DNA from: the human T2T-CHM13v2.0 reference genome, Homo sapiens
Assembly: GCF_009914755.1 (NCBI RefSeq)
Contig: NC_060947.1
Length of the DNA: 64,000 nt
Reading direction: 5' to 3' (one strand)
Shown: piece by piece, positions 18,392 through 36,282 of the stretch
How positions within the stretch are numbered: position 1 is the stretch's first letter
Layout of the letters: every line of letters starts with the position of its first letter
Position numbers and translations under genes: made by a program
Notes under the pieces: generated by a model
Told to the model about the DNA's origin: nothing
Seen by the model: the letters and a program-made list of their open reading frames with translations, nothing else
Database searches by the model: none

Positions 18392-21300
18392 TGTCTTAGT
18401 CTGTTTTGTGCTGCTCTAACAGAATACTTGAGACTGGGTAATTTTTAACAAGCAGAGATTTCTTTCTTACAGTTCTGGAGGCTAGGAAGTCCAAGGTTGA
18501 GGGGCATGCATCTAGCAAGGGCCTCCTTCCTGCGTCATCCCATAGTGAAGGGCAGAAAGGCAAGAGAACACGCTTTTGCATGAGAGAGAGAAAGAGAGAG
18601 AAGAGAAGGGAAGGGAAGAGAAAGAAGAGAAGAGAAGAGAAGAGAAGAGAAGAAAAGGGAGCCAAACTCATCTATTTATCAGGAACCCTTCTTATGATAG
18701 AAACCCACTCCCATGAAAACAGGATTAATCTGTTTATGAGGACAGAGTCCTCATTACCTCATCACTTCTTAAAGGTCTCACTTCTCAGTACTGCTGCATT
18801 GGGGATTAGGTTTCCAACACATGAACTTCGGAGGACACATTCAAGCCGTAGCATTCTTCCTTGACTCCCAAAATCCATGTCCTTCTCATGTCTAAAATAG
18901 ATTAATTCCATCCCAATAGCCCCAAAGTCTTGACTCGTTCCAGCACCAACTCAAAATTCCAAAGTCCAGAGTCCCATTTGAATCAGACAGGAGAGACTCC
19001 AGGTGCAATTCATCCTGAGGCAAATTTCTCTCCAGATGTTAGCCTATGAAAATAGCAAATTACTTTCTTCCAAAATACAATGGTGGGACAGGCATAGGAT
19101 AGACATTCCCATTCCAAAAGGGAGAAATAAGCAAGAAGAAAGGGGTAACTGGTCCCAAGTAAGTCCAAAATCCAACAGAAAAAAAAAAAACATTGTCTTC
19201 TTCTTTTTTTTTTTTTTTTTTTTTTTTTTGAGTTAAGGTCTCCCTCTCTGTCACCCAGGCTGGAGTACAGTGATGGGATCACAGTGTCACAGCTCACTGC
19301 AGCTTCAACCTCCTGGGCTCAAGCGATCCTCTCACCTCAGCTCCCCGAGTTTTTGTAGAGATGGGATTTGGCCATGTTGCCCAGGCTGGTCTTGAACTCC
19401 TGGGCTCAAGCGATCCACCCACCTCAGCCTCTCGAACTGCTGGGATTACCGTGCCCAGCCAACATTAAGTCTTAAAGCTGGAGAATGATCTTTGACTCTG
19501 CGTCCTGCATCTTGGGCACACTAGAGCTGGGCTGGGCCCCCAAGGTCTTGAGCAGCCCTGCCCCTATGGCTTTGCTGGGCTCAGTCCACCCAGCAGCTCT
19601 CATGGGTTGAAGTCTCATGCCTCCAGCCTTCGCAGGCTGGAGTTGCACATTCGTGGTCCTGTAGTTCTGTGGTCTTGGGACAGCCCCACTCCCACAGTTC
19701 CACTAAGTGTTGCCTTAGTGGGAGCCCTCTGCAGTGGCTCCATCCCTATGACAAGTCTCTGCTTGGTTCCCCAGGCTGTCCATGAAATTCTTTGAAATCT
19801 AGACAAAGGAAGCCATGGTTCCACAACTCGTGCATTCTGTGTGCCTACAGAATTAGCACCATGTGGACACCATCAAGGTTTACAGGTTATACTTTCTGGA
19901 GCAGCAAGTCGAGCTGCACTTGGGCCTGCTTGAGCCACAGCAGGGGCAGCCAAGGGGTACTGCTCCAGAATTGAAGGAGCAGAGTCCCAAGGTGGCACAG
20001 GGCAGCAAATGCTCAAGTCCTAGGGGTACCTCTCTAGAAACCTTGCCCTCAAGATCCTAGCTTGCCTCAAAGGCCTCTGAATAGAATCTGGCTTCCTTCT
20101 ACCCATATTAGTCTCTTTAGCAGTCTCTTGGTCACACCCTTAGTATTCTCTCCCCAACATGCTTTTGTATTTTTTACATGGTCAAGCTGAGAGTTTTCCA
20201 AATCTTTCTGTTCTGCTTCTCTTTTAATTATAAATTCTGTCTTTAAATCGTTTTTCTCTCATTTTGCTGTACATAGCCAAAAGTAGTCATGTGGCATCTC
20301 AAACATTTTGCTGCTTAGATATTTTTTCTGCTATATATGCTAGTTTATGACTCTTAAATTCTGCCTTCCACTAAGTCCTAGGACATGAACACGATTCTGC
20401 CAAATCTTTGCACGCATATAACAAAGGTGGCTTTTATTTCAGTTTCCAATACCTTATTTCTCATTTCCATCGGAGACCTCATCAAAATGGCCTTTACCAT
20501 CCATATTTCTGATCATGGGATTAGAAACAAAGCTAAGGAGCCTAAATCTCCTTAGGGATTACTTAAGTGGTCATGATCAGAACCACTTGGCAATTACATT
20601 TTTAACACATGAAATCAGAACTGATCATGGCCACTTAAGTAATCCCTAAGGAGGTTTAGGCTCTCCCTATAGCACTTGTCTTCTTCTGAGGCCTCACACA
20701 AAATCACCCTTAACCCTCTATTTATGGCTTTACAGGCTTTTTCTAGCCTGCTCCTCCATATTCTTTCAACCTCTACCCATTACCCAGTTCCAAAGCCACT
20801 TCCACATTTTCAGGCATTATAGCAACAACCCCATTCTTGGCACCAATCTTCTTAGTCCATTTCGCGCTACTATAACAATATTTGAGACTGGGTAATTTGT
20901 AAAGAACAGAGATTTTAGGCTAGGCGCAGTGGCTCACACATGTAATCCCAGCGCTTTGGTAGGCCAAGGCGGGAGGATTGCTTGAGGTCAGGAGTTCAAG
21001 ACTAGCCTGGCCAACATGGTGAAACTGCATCTCTACTAAAAATACAAAAATTAGCTGGGCATCCTGGTGGCAGGCCCCTGTAGTCCCAGCTACTTGGGAG
21101 GCTGAGGCACAAAAATCACTTGAAACCGGGAGGCAGAGGTTGCAGCAAGCCTAGATCATGCCACTGCACTCCAGCCTGGGTGACAGAGCAAGACTCTGTC
21201 TCAAAAAAAAAAAGGAACAGAGATTTTATTTTATTTCTTATCATTCTGGAGGCTGGGCTGTCCAAGATCATGTGGCTACATCTGGTGAGAGCCTTCTTGC

Positions 21301-21566
21301 TGCATCATCCCATGGTGGAAGGCAAAAGGGCAAGAGAGCATGTGCACGTGACAAAGAGAGAAGGGAAGTGGGTAGAACTCATCCTTTTATCAGGAACCCG
21401 TTTCTGTGATAACCAACCCACTCCTGTGATAACAGCATTAATCCATTTATGAGGGAAGAGTCCTCATAACCTCATTACCTCTTAAAGGTCCCACCTGTCA
21501 ACACTGTTGCATTGGGGATTAAGTTTTTAACACATGAACTTTAGGGGACACATTCAAACCATAGCA
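18392..21566 (-). mobile_element. MST-family MaLR element, LTR-internal-LTR, with two Alu insertions
   Basis: Two homologous LTRs (18392-18853 and ~20849-21566), both running 'tcttagtc..gagactgggtaattt' to 'cacattcaa.cc.tagca', enclose MaLR internal-like sequence; Alus at ~19200-19460 and 20918-21212. Confidence 0.85.
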
Positions 21567-21569
21567 GAC

Positions 21570-25892
<4,323 letters not shown>

Positions 25893-26199
25893 ACCTTTTC
25901 TCTTAAAAAAAAAAAAAAACAGAAAAGAAAACAAAAACAAACATTGTCCACATAGGTATAGGCCAAACTCCAAAACCTCACTGATGATAAACTAGCAAAG
26001 TAATAATCATACTATCTGGAATGTTTCAACGGGAAGTGATGAAAACAGTTACCACCTCTCTTTGCACATGGTTGCTCTGGAGCCATTCTTGCTCTAGCCC
26101 TCTGCTGTGGTAGGAGCCTACCAGCTGGGCAGCTCTGCTCGTTTGTCCACTTACAAGTGCAAGAGTTAGCTGGTCTCTGCACATGAGCAGGTTTGGCTC

Positions 26200-27010
26200 C
26201 AGCGGTATACCTGTTGCAGGATGTGTATGTCAGTTAAGTGTATCTGTGTGTGAGCAAGTTTATATGTGTACACATGTTTGCCCATGTGTACTTGTCTTTG
26301 TGTGTGTCTGTATATGTACAATATGCAATTTTTATCTTTGTGTTTGTTTGCGTATTGCTAAAGTGTATGAGTGTGCCTTTGTGTGTGTGTGTTGGAGCTG
26401 TTATAAGTCTGTTCATGGGTGGGAGTGTATATGTGAATGGGTGTGTGTGTGTACATATACCAGGATATACATATTTGTGTTGGTGAGCACACCTAATCTA
26501 TGTGAGAGAGTTTGAATCTGTCTCTTTGTGTTAGAGCATGTGTGTGTATATGTGGGCAGTTTTTTACTTGCCTGCTTTTTTCTGGGTGCATATATATCTA
26601 TAGGTCTCTGAGGGGGATTCTATGTACTATACCTGTGTGTGTATGTGTGTGTGTATACACACACATGGTAGGGTTCAAGTGCGTGTCAGCCTGCTGGCAT
26701 ATGTAAGTAACTTTGAGTGTTAATATCGTGACAGTGTTTATCTATGTGACAATATTAATATACAACTTTGTGTATATCTGTGTTGTGTCTGAATATGTGG
26801 GAGGATTTGAATCATCAGCTATATTGGGTCAATGAGTATATATATGTCTGTGTGAATGAAAGTATATGTGGGTAAGTTTGCTTGTGTGTACCTATCTGTC
26901 AGTGTTTGAGATCTCGTTCATCCATGTGTGTGTTAGGGGAGTTACAAAGGTGGTTTTGTGGACCATTGCATGTGTGTGAGTGTGTATCTGAGTGTGTCTG
27001 TGTATGTGAA
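26200..27010 (+). repeat. TG/TA-rich low-complexity region
   Basis: Degenerate tgtg/tatg runs. Confidence 0.8.
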
Positions 27011-27124
27011 CAATTCTCAGCCCTCTCATATCCAGTGCCCTCTTGTACATAACAGATATTTTGTAACACCCCTTTACTGTCTGGAAATGAAGTTCTTAGG
27101 AATATAATCTCTCTGCATATGTAA

Positions 27125-27906
<782 letters not shown>

Positions 27907-28859
27907 CCCAATGTCTTATACTGGGTAACTATGGATTTAGGAGAAGGGGAAACATCAGAGGCAGGACGTGCAGGAAAATGACAGGCACAGGCCTTGGAGG
28001 TGAGATTTTCTAAAATAGTCAACAACTCTAAGGAAAGCTCATCCCAAACCAAAGTGCAGCCTCCTCTTTACTTACATGACAGCCACGTTCCTGGATAATT
28101 CGGGGTATGTTAAAATCAAGAGAAAAAAAATGGTGTTTATCTGTGAAATAGATTCTAAGTTCACTTACTTAAAAGTCCAAAGTCCTAGAGGATGCGGGAC
28201 ATGTTGGCTGCGTGGGACTCTCCCCCATATTACTGGATGGCCAACATCCTCCCCGACTCCTAAATGTCAGAAGGACACCCTACACCCCAGCACTGTGGCC
28301 ATCAAAAATGCTCCTACACAAATTTCCAAAATGTCCCCTAGAGGGCAGTAACGCCTTTGTTGAGGACGAAGCGCTGGCGCTCGGAGAGGGTACACTGTGT
28401 ACCTGTGTGAACACGGCAGAGTACAAGATGTACCTCTGCCTCCGTGTGCGTGTGTGCATATGTGTGTGAGTGCGTGTGCGTATGTGTGAGTGTGTGTGTG
28501 TATGTGTGTTGCATGCGTGCGCACGCGTTCCTCATGCAAGAGCGGGTTGCTGTCTGAGGGTGTCCACAGCAGTAGACCGTTTATGGGGGGATGGGGTGTG
28601 CACGTGTCTGGGCTCGAGCAGGTGTGCGTGTGTTCTGTGTTTGCACGCGTCTTGAGCCTCAGCTGGGCCCGGGCTGCAGCTGCCAGTCTGCGGAGGAAAA
28701 CCCTCTCCTCACTTGTTTGTAAAATGTCCCGAGCTTTCCCAGGGTTGTGTTTGTTTGCTGCTATTGTTTGGGGGGGATGTGGGGGGTTTTGTTTTATCTT
28801 TAGCTTTTGTTTTCACTGAGACTCAGGGCTACGCATTATCCACCTTCTCGGTCTTAGCG

Positions 28860-29337
28860 TGGCTCTCCGTGTCTCCCTCTCTATCTCCATCTTTATTTCT
28901 GTCTCTCTCTCTATCTCTCTCCAGCTACCCTCTCTTATCTCTGCCCCACCCCACCCCGTCTCTATTTTTCTTTCTTTCCTGGCGTTAGCCCTCTCCCTCT
29001 CCCTGCTCTCCTTTTCTCTCTCTTGCTCTCTCTCTCTCTCTCTCTCTCTATTTCTCTCCCTTCTCTGTCTGGCATGCTGGTTTCTGTGTGTGCCTCTGTC
29101 TCTTTTTTCTCACTCTCATTTTCACCCTTCTTCCCCTTTTTGTCTCTCTCTTCCTCTCTGTATGTAAGGATCTCTCTCCCCTTTCTCTGTTTCTCTCTCT
29201 GTCTCTTTCTCCCTCCTGTGTCTCCGTCTGTCTCTGTCACACACACCTCTCTCTCCTTCTCTCTCTCTGTGTCTCTCTGGCCTCTCTCTTACATTCAGTC
29301 TCTGTCTGTCTCTATCCCTTTCCCTCTGCCTCCCCTC
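28860..29337 (+). repeat. (CT)n-rich polypyrimidine tract
   Basis: About 480 bp dominated by C/T, followed by a short (GA)n run. Confidence 0.9.
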
Positions 29338-29571
29338 AAGGTAAAGGAGAGAGAAAGAGAAAGAGAGAGAGAGAAAGAGAGTAAGTGTGTGTGTGTTTAC
29401 ATTCACCCAGCTGCGGGCTGTTCCACAGTCTGAGGGGGCTGTCAGGCCTTGAAGGGCTGAAAGGGAGCCCACCAACCCCATTTCTGCTCAGCCCCTGCCC
29501 TAGCACTTTCTAAGTACTAGTTTGGCCTCCTGTCATGGGCTCTGAGATTTCAGGGTGCCATTAAAAAGCCT

Positions 29572-30044
<473 letters not shown>

Positions 30045-30390
30045 TCACTGCCTTCCCTCTGGGACCTGTGCTGTTACCTGGTCACATCCCCACACTCCCG
30101 GAGCTCTCCTCTTTCCTGCAGCTTTGCTGCGCTGCTCTCACCACCAGATGTACCCCCCAGGCTGCTGTTGTAGCTAATCCTGCCTGGATGTCTCCAGGGC
30201 ACCCTCTCTGACCCACAGCCCCAGCCCATTTAATCCCTCAATCAATTCATTTGATATATTGTCACTGAGAGCCTACCATGATGTGCTATGTAGTGTTCTT
30301 TCAGAGGAGAGTCAGTGAGTCTTTAACTCCTGCCTTTGTGGAGCTTTCATTCTGACAGGACAAGGCAGGCAATAAACTAAAATTTAAAAG

Positions 30391-33051
30391 TAAATTATAT
30401 ATATAAAATTATATATATATAATTTTTATATATTTAAAAAATTTTATATATATAAAAAAGTTTGTATATATAATTTTATATATATAAATTTATATATTTT
30501 ATATATAATTATATATATATTTATATTTATTTATATATATATAAATATATATATTTATATTTATTTATATATATAAATATATATATTTATATTTATTTAT
30601 ATATATAAATATATATATTTATATTTATATATATATAAATATATATATTTATATATATATATAAATATATATATTTATATTTATTTATATATATAAATAT
30701 ATATATTTATATTTATTTATATATATATAAATATATATATTTATATTTATATTTATATATTTATATTTATATATATAAATATATATATTTATATTTATTT
30801 ATATATATAAATATATATATTAATATATATTTATATATATAAATATATATATTTATATATAAATATATATTTATGTATATTTATATATAAATATATATAT
30901 TTATATATATAAATATATATATTTATATATAAATATATATATTTATATATAAATATATATATAAATATATATATTTATATATAAATATATATATTTATAT
31001 ATATATTTATATATAAATATATATATTTATATATAAATATATATATTTATATATATAAATATATATATTTATATATATAAATATATATATATTTATATTT
31101 ACAAATATATATATTTATATATATATTTATATTTATATATATTTATATTTATATATATATATATAAATATATATTTATGTATATTTATATATAAATATAA
31201 ATATATATTTATATATAAATATAAATATATATTTATATATAAATATAAATATATATTTATGTATATTTATATATAAATATATATTTATATTTATATATAA
31301 ATATACATAAATATATATTATACATAAATATATATTTATATATAAATATATAAATATAAATATATATTTATAAATATATAAATATACATTTATATTTATT
31401 TATATATAAATATATAAATATACATTTATATATAAATATATATAAATATACATGTATATTTATTCATATATAAATATATATAAATATACATGTATATTTA
31501 TTCATATATAAATATATATAAATATACATGTATATTTATTCATATATAAATATATATAAATATACATGTATATTTATTCATATATAAATATATATAAATA
31601 TACATGTATATTTATTCATATATAAATATATGTAAATATACATGTATATTTATTCATATATAAATATATGTAAATATACATGTATATTTATTCATATATA
31701 AATATATGTAAATATACATGTATATTTATTCATATATAAATATATGTAAATATACATGTATATTTATTCATATATAAATATATGTAAATATACATGTATA
31801 TTTATTCATATATAAATATATGTAAATATACATGTATATTTATTCATATATAAATATATGTAAATATACATGTATATTTATTCATATATAAATATATATA
31901 AATATACATGTATATTTATTCATATAGAAATATATATAAATATACATTTATATTTATTCATATAGAAATATATATAAATATACATTTATATTTATTCATA
32001 TATAAATATATATAAATATACATTTATATTTATTCATATATAAATATACATTTACATATAAATATATATAAATATACATTCATATATATTTATATATAAA
32101 TGTATATTTATATATATTTATATATATTTATATTTATTTATAAATAAATATATAAATATATATAAATATATATTTATATTTATTTATAAATAAATATATA
32201 TTAATATATATTTATATTTATTTATTAATAAATATATATAAATATATATAAATATATATTTATATTTATTTATAAATAAATATATATAAATATATATAAA
32301 TATATATTTATATTTATTTATAAATATATATTTATATTTATTTATATATAAATATATATAAATCTATATTTATAGTTATTTATATATAAATATATAAATC
32401 TATATATATAAATATAGATTTATATATATTTATATATAAATAACTATAAATATAGATTTATATATATTTATATATAAATAACTATAAATATAGATTTATA
32501 TATATTTATATATAAATAACTATATAGATTTATATATATTTATATATAAATAACTATATAGATTTATATATATTTATATATAAATAACTATATAGATTTA
32601 TATATATTTATATATAAATAACTATATAGATTTATATATATTTATTTATAAATAACTATAAATATAGATTTATATATATTTATTTATAAATAACTATAAA
32701 TATAGATTTATATATATTTATTTATAAATAACTATAAATATAGATTTATATATATTTATTTATAAATAACTATAAATATAGATTTATATATATTTATTTA
32801 TAAATAACTATAAATATAGATTTATATATATTTATTTATAAATAACTATAAATATAGATTTATATATATTTATTTATAAATAACTATAAATATAGATTTA
32901 TATATATTTATTTATAAATATTATAAATAAATATATAAATATATATTTATATTTATTTATTTGTATTTATATATAAATATAATTATATATAAATATATAT
33001 AATTTATATATAAATTTTTATATTATAAAATTATATATATATAAATATATA
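30391..33051. repeat. ~2.65 kb AT-rich compound micro/minisatellite array
   Basis: Almost exclusively A/T; includes a 38-bp unit block (catg recurring every 38 bp from 31451 to 31907) and a 34/38-bp 'taactataaatatagatt' block at ~32440-32920. Confidence 0.97.
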
Positions 33052-33109
33052 GTGTGTTAGAAGAGAGAAATTCTAGGAGGCAAAATAGGGAGAGTGGCAT
33101 GGAGGGGGC

Positions 33110-34050
33110 ATTATCTGTCACCTGGATTGCTGCAGGGGCCTCTGAGTAGTCTCCCTACTTTTAATACACCCCACATGACCCCTGCTCTTCACAACGGCAA
33201 GCGGGATTCTGTTCCATCCTAGATCATACCACATCTGGCCTCTGCTCAGAATCCTCCCGTGACTCCCATCTCATTCAGAGGAAAAAGTTCTCGCCACGGC
33301 CTCCCTGATCTGACCTCACCACCTTTCTGACCTCACCTGCCACCACATTCCCCTGACTCACTGTGTTCCACCCACAGTGGCTTCCTTGCTCTTCCTCAAA
33401 TATGCCATGTAGAGTCCCACCTCAGGGCCTTTGCTCTGGCCGTTCCCCCTGCCTGGACTTCTCTTCCCCGAGATATCCGCATGACTCACTCTCTCACCTC
33501 CCTTAGGTCTGTGCTCAGATGACACTTCCTCCGTGAAGCCTCCCCTGTCCACCTCATCTAAAACTGCAGCATCTTCCCCACCCCTAGCACTTCCTATCTT
33601 CCTTCCCTCCTTTATGTTTATTCTTAGGAACTTGTCATCATCTGACATACTATACTTCACCCGTGTCTCTTCTTTGTTATCTAGAATGTCGGTTCCACAA
33701 GGGCCGGGATCTTTATCTGTGTAGTTCACAGCTGTATCCCCAATACCTAGAACAGTGCCTGGCACACAGATGCTTGATAAATATTTTTTCAGTGTATGAA
33801 TGAATATGCACAAGCATCCCTACATGTTTATATTCACACATACTTGCCTCCTCACCTAAAATAAAAACCAAAGTCCTCATCGTGGCCCACAACCCTACAC
33901 AATCTGGCCCCAAGGCATCTCTGCGACTTCACCTTCCACCACTGTCTCCCTTGCTCTCACCGTTCCTGCCTCACTCGTCTTCCTGCTGTTCCTCAAGCAC
34001 ACTAAACACATTCCTCATCATGAATAAAGAAATCTATTAAGTGAGTGGTA
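33110..34050 (+). mobile_element. L2 LINE fragments
   Basis: L2 3'-end hallmarks 'cctagaacagtgcctggcacacagatgcttgataaatattt...gaatgaat'. Confidence 0.75.
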
Positions 34051-34429
34051 CCAGCATTTTAAGAACACATGAAAGAGAATAAAAATGAATGGGGTACATT
34101 GCATACAGGTTCAGTACTGTTTTGTGAAACTTTTGGTTGAGCTGTGTGTGTGCGTGCATGTATGTGTAGCGGGTTGTGATGTAAAATGTATTTTTTTACT
34201 GTGGGTGGCAGTAAAAAAAAGTCTGAACACAACCTTAGAGCTTTGCAAAAGGGGAGAAGAGCTGCACCAACATCCCTGCCCCACAGATCCACCAGTGGAG
34301 GAAACAGGTAACCAAAGACATCCAAAGAAATGCAGCATCCTCACCTGACAAGGAGCGGGTAGGAGCAGGAGTGGCCCAGGGGCAGGGCCTGGCACCAGCC
34401 AGGGCATAATTGGGGAGGGCTCGTAGACA

Positions 34430-34760
34430 CACTAACCCTACCCTTTCTGTTTCTTCCTCATCTTTCCTTTCCATCTGTTTCTCATGGTCTCCTGTCTGTC
34501 TCTCTCTCTCTCCCCTCTTTCTCTCTCCTCGCTCTTTCTCATCCCCTCCATTTCTGTGTCAATCTCAATCCATTTATATCGGTGGCCACTTTTCTATCTC
34601 TTTGTTCTATCTCTCTCTCTCTCTCTTTCCCACTTTGTCTCTGCACGCCTGTTGTGTTTTTCTGCCTGTCTCTCTCTTGCCCTCATCTCTCTGTCTCTCT
34701 CTTGCCCTCATCTCTCTGTCTCTCTGTGTCTGTGTCTCCCCCGCTCATTCCCATTTGCAG
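34430..34760 (+). promoter_or_regulatory. GPR173: Extended (CT)n polypyrimidine tract and 3' splice acceptor of the GPR173 coding exon
   Basis: About 330 nt pyrimidine-rich, ending ccatttgcag|gtgc at 34760/34761, 97 nt before the ATG. Confidence 0.8.
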
Positions 34761-34857
34761 GTGCAATGTAGCAGGACAACTCATGGAGCCCCCCCGGGCC
34801 CATCGAGTACCGGACTGGCTGACCCCCTAGGGTTGGCAGTAGCCCCTGACCCTCAGT

Positions 34858-35979
34858 ATGGCCAACACTACCGGAGAGCCTGAGGAGGTGAGCGGCGCTC
34901 TGTCCCCACCGTCCGCATCAGCTTATGTGAAGCTGGTACTGCTGGGACTGATTATGTGCGTGAGCCTGGCGGGTAACGCCATCTTGTCCCTGCTGGTGCT
35001 CAAGGAGCGTGCCCTGCACAAGGCTCCTTACTACTTCCTGCTGGACCTGTGCCTGGCCGATGGCATACGCTCTGCCGTCTGCTTCCCCTTTGTGCTGGCT
35101 TCTGTGCGCCACGGCTCTTCATGGACCTTCAGTGCACTCAGCTGCAAGATTGTGGCCTTTATGGCCGTGCTCTTTTGCTTCCATGCGGCCTTCATGCTGT
35201 TCTGCATCAGCGTCACCCGCTACATGGCCATCGCCCACCACCGCTTCTACGCCAAGCGCATGACACTCTGGACATGCGCGGCTGTCATCTGCATGGCCTG
35301 GACCCTGTCTGTGGCCATGGCCTTCCCACCTGTCTTTGACGTGGGCACCTACAAGTTTATTCGGGAGGAGGACCAGTGCATCTTTGAGCATCGCTACTTC
35401 AAGGCCAATGACACGCTGGGCTTCATGCTTATGTTGGCTGTGCTCATGGCAGCTACCCATGCTGTCTACGGCAAGCTGCTCCTCTTCGAGTATCGTCACC
35501 GCAAGATGAAGCCAGTGCAGATGGTGCCAGCCATCAGCCAGAACTGGACATTCCATGGTCCCGGGGCCACCGGCCAGGCTGCTGCCAACTGGATCGCCGG
35601 CTTTGGCCGTGGGCCCATGCCACCAACCCTGCTGGGTATCCGGCAGAATGGGCATGCAGCCAGCCGGCGGCTACTGGGCATGGACGAGGTCAAGGGTGAA
35701 AAGCAGCTGGGCCGCATGTTCTACGCGATCACACTGCTCTTTCTGCTCCTCTGGTCACCCTACATCGTGGCCTGCTACTGGCGAGTGTTTGTGAAAGCCT
35801 GTGCTGTGCCCCACCGCTACCTGGCCACTGCTGTTTGGATGAGCTTCGCCCAGGCTGCCGTCAACCCAATTGTCTGCTTCCTGCTCAACAAGGACCTCAA
35901 GAAGTGCCTGAGGACTCACGCCCCCTGCTGGGGCACAGGAGGTGCCCCGGCTCCCAGAGAACCCTACTGTGTCATGTGA
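34858..35979 (+). CDS. GPR173: G protein-coupled receptor 173 (SREB3), class A 7TM, intronless CDS, 373 aa
   Basis: Seven hydrophobic segments; GN in TM1, DLCLAD in TM2, Cys at the top of TM3, TRY in place of DRY, LWSP in TM6, NPIVC in TM7; SREB-family loop 'QNWTFHGPGATGQAAANW'; good Kozak agtATGG. Confidence 0.98.
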   Translation: MANTTGEPEEVSGALSPPSASAYVKLVLLGLIMCVSLAGNAILSLLVLKERALHKAPYYFLLDLCLADGIRSAVCFPFVLASVRHGSSWTFSALSCKIVAFMAVLFCFHAAFMLFCISVTRYMAIAHHRFYAKRMTLWTCAAVICMAWTLSVAMAFPPVFDVGTYKFIREEDQCIFEHRYFKANDTLGFMLMLAVLMAATHAVYGKLLLFEYRHRKMKPVQMVPAISQNWTFHGPGATGQAAANWIAGFGRGPMPPTLLGIRQNGHAASRRLLGMDEVKGEKQLGRMFYAITLLFLLLWSPYIVACYWRVFVKACAVPHRYLATAVWMSFAQAAVNPIVCFLLNKDLKKCLRTHAPCWGTGGAPAPREPYCVM

Positions 35980-36234
35980 AGCAGGCTGGTAGGCAGACAG
36001 GCAGAGAGAAGGTCATGGCCACCGTGATGGGGCCAACAGCAAGGGAGGGGTAGGGGCCCATACAGGAGTCCTCCTTTCTGAGCTCCAGCCCCAGCCCCTC
36101 GAACCACCTGTAATCTAGGCACCTTTGCCAACACCTCCCAAGGATGGAGGACTGGGCGAGGGACTGGGAAAGAGGCATATTTAGTTTTGTGGGGCCTGTC
36201 TCCGCTGCCTCCTTCTCCACTTCTACAATCTCAT

Positions 36235-36235
<1 letters not shown>

Positions 36236-36282
<47 letters not shown>
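36236..36282 (+). repeat. (CT)n microsatellite in the GPR173 3' UTR
   Basis: Near-perfect CT run with one interruption. Confidence 0.9.

Noticed and set aside
35215-35880. TRY instead of DRY and NPIVC instead of NPxxY in GPR173 as a sign of pseudogenisation
   Set aside because: These are normal features of the SREB receptor family and the ORF is intact
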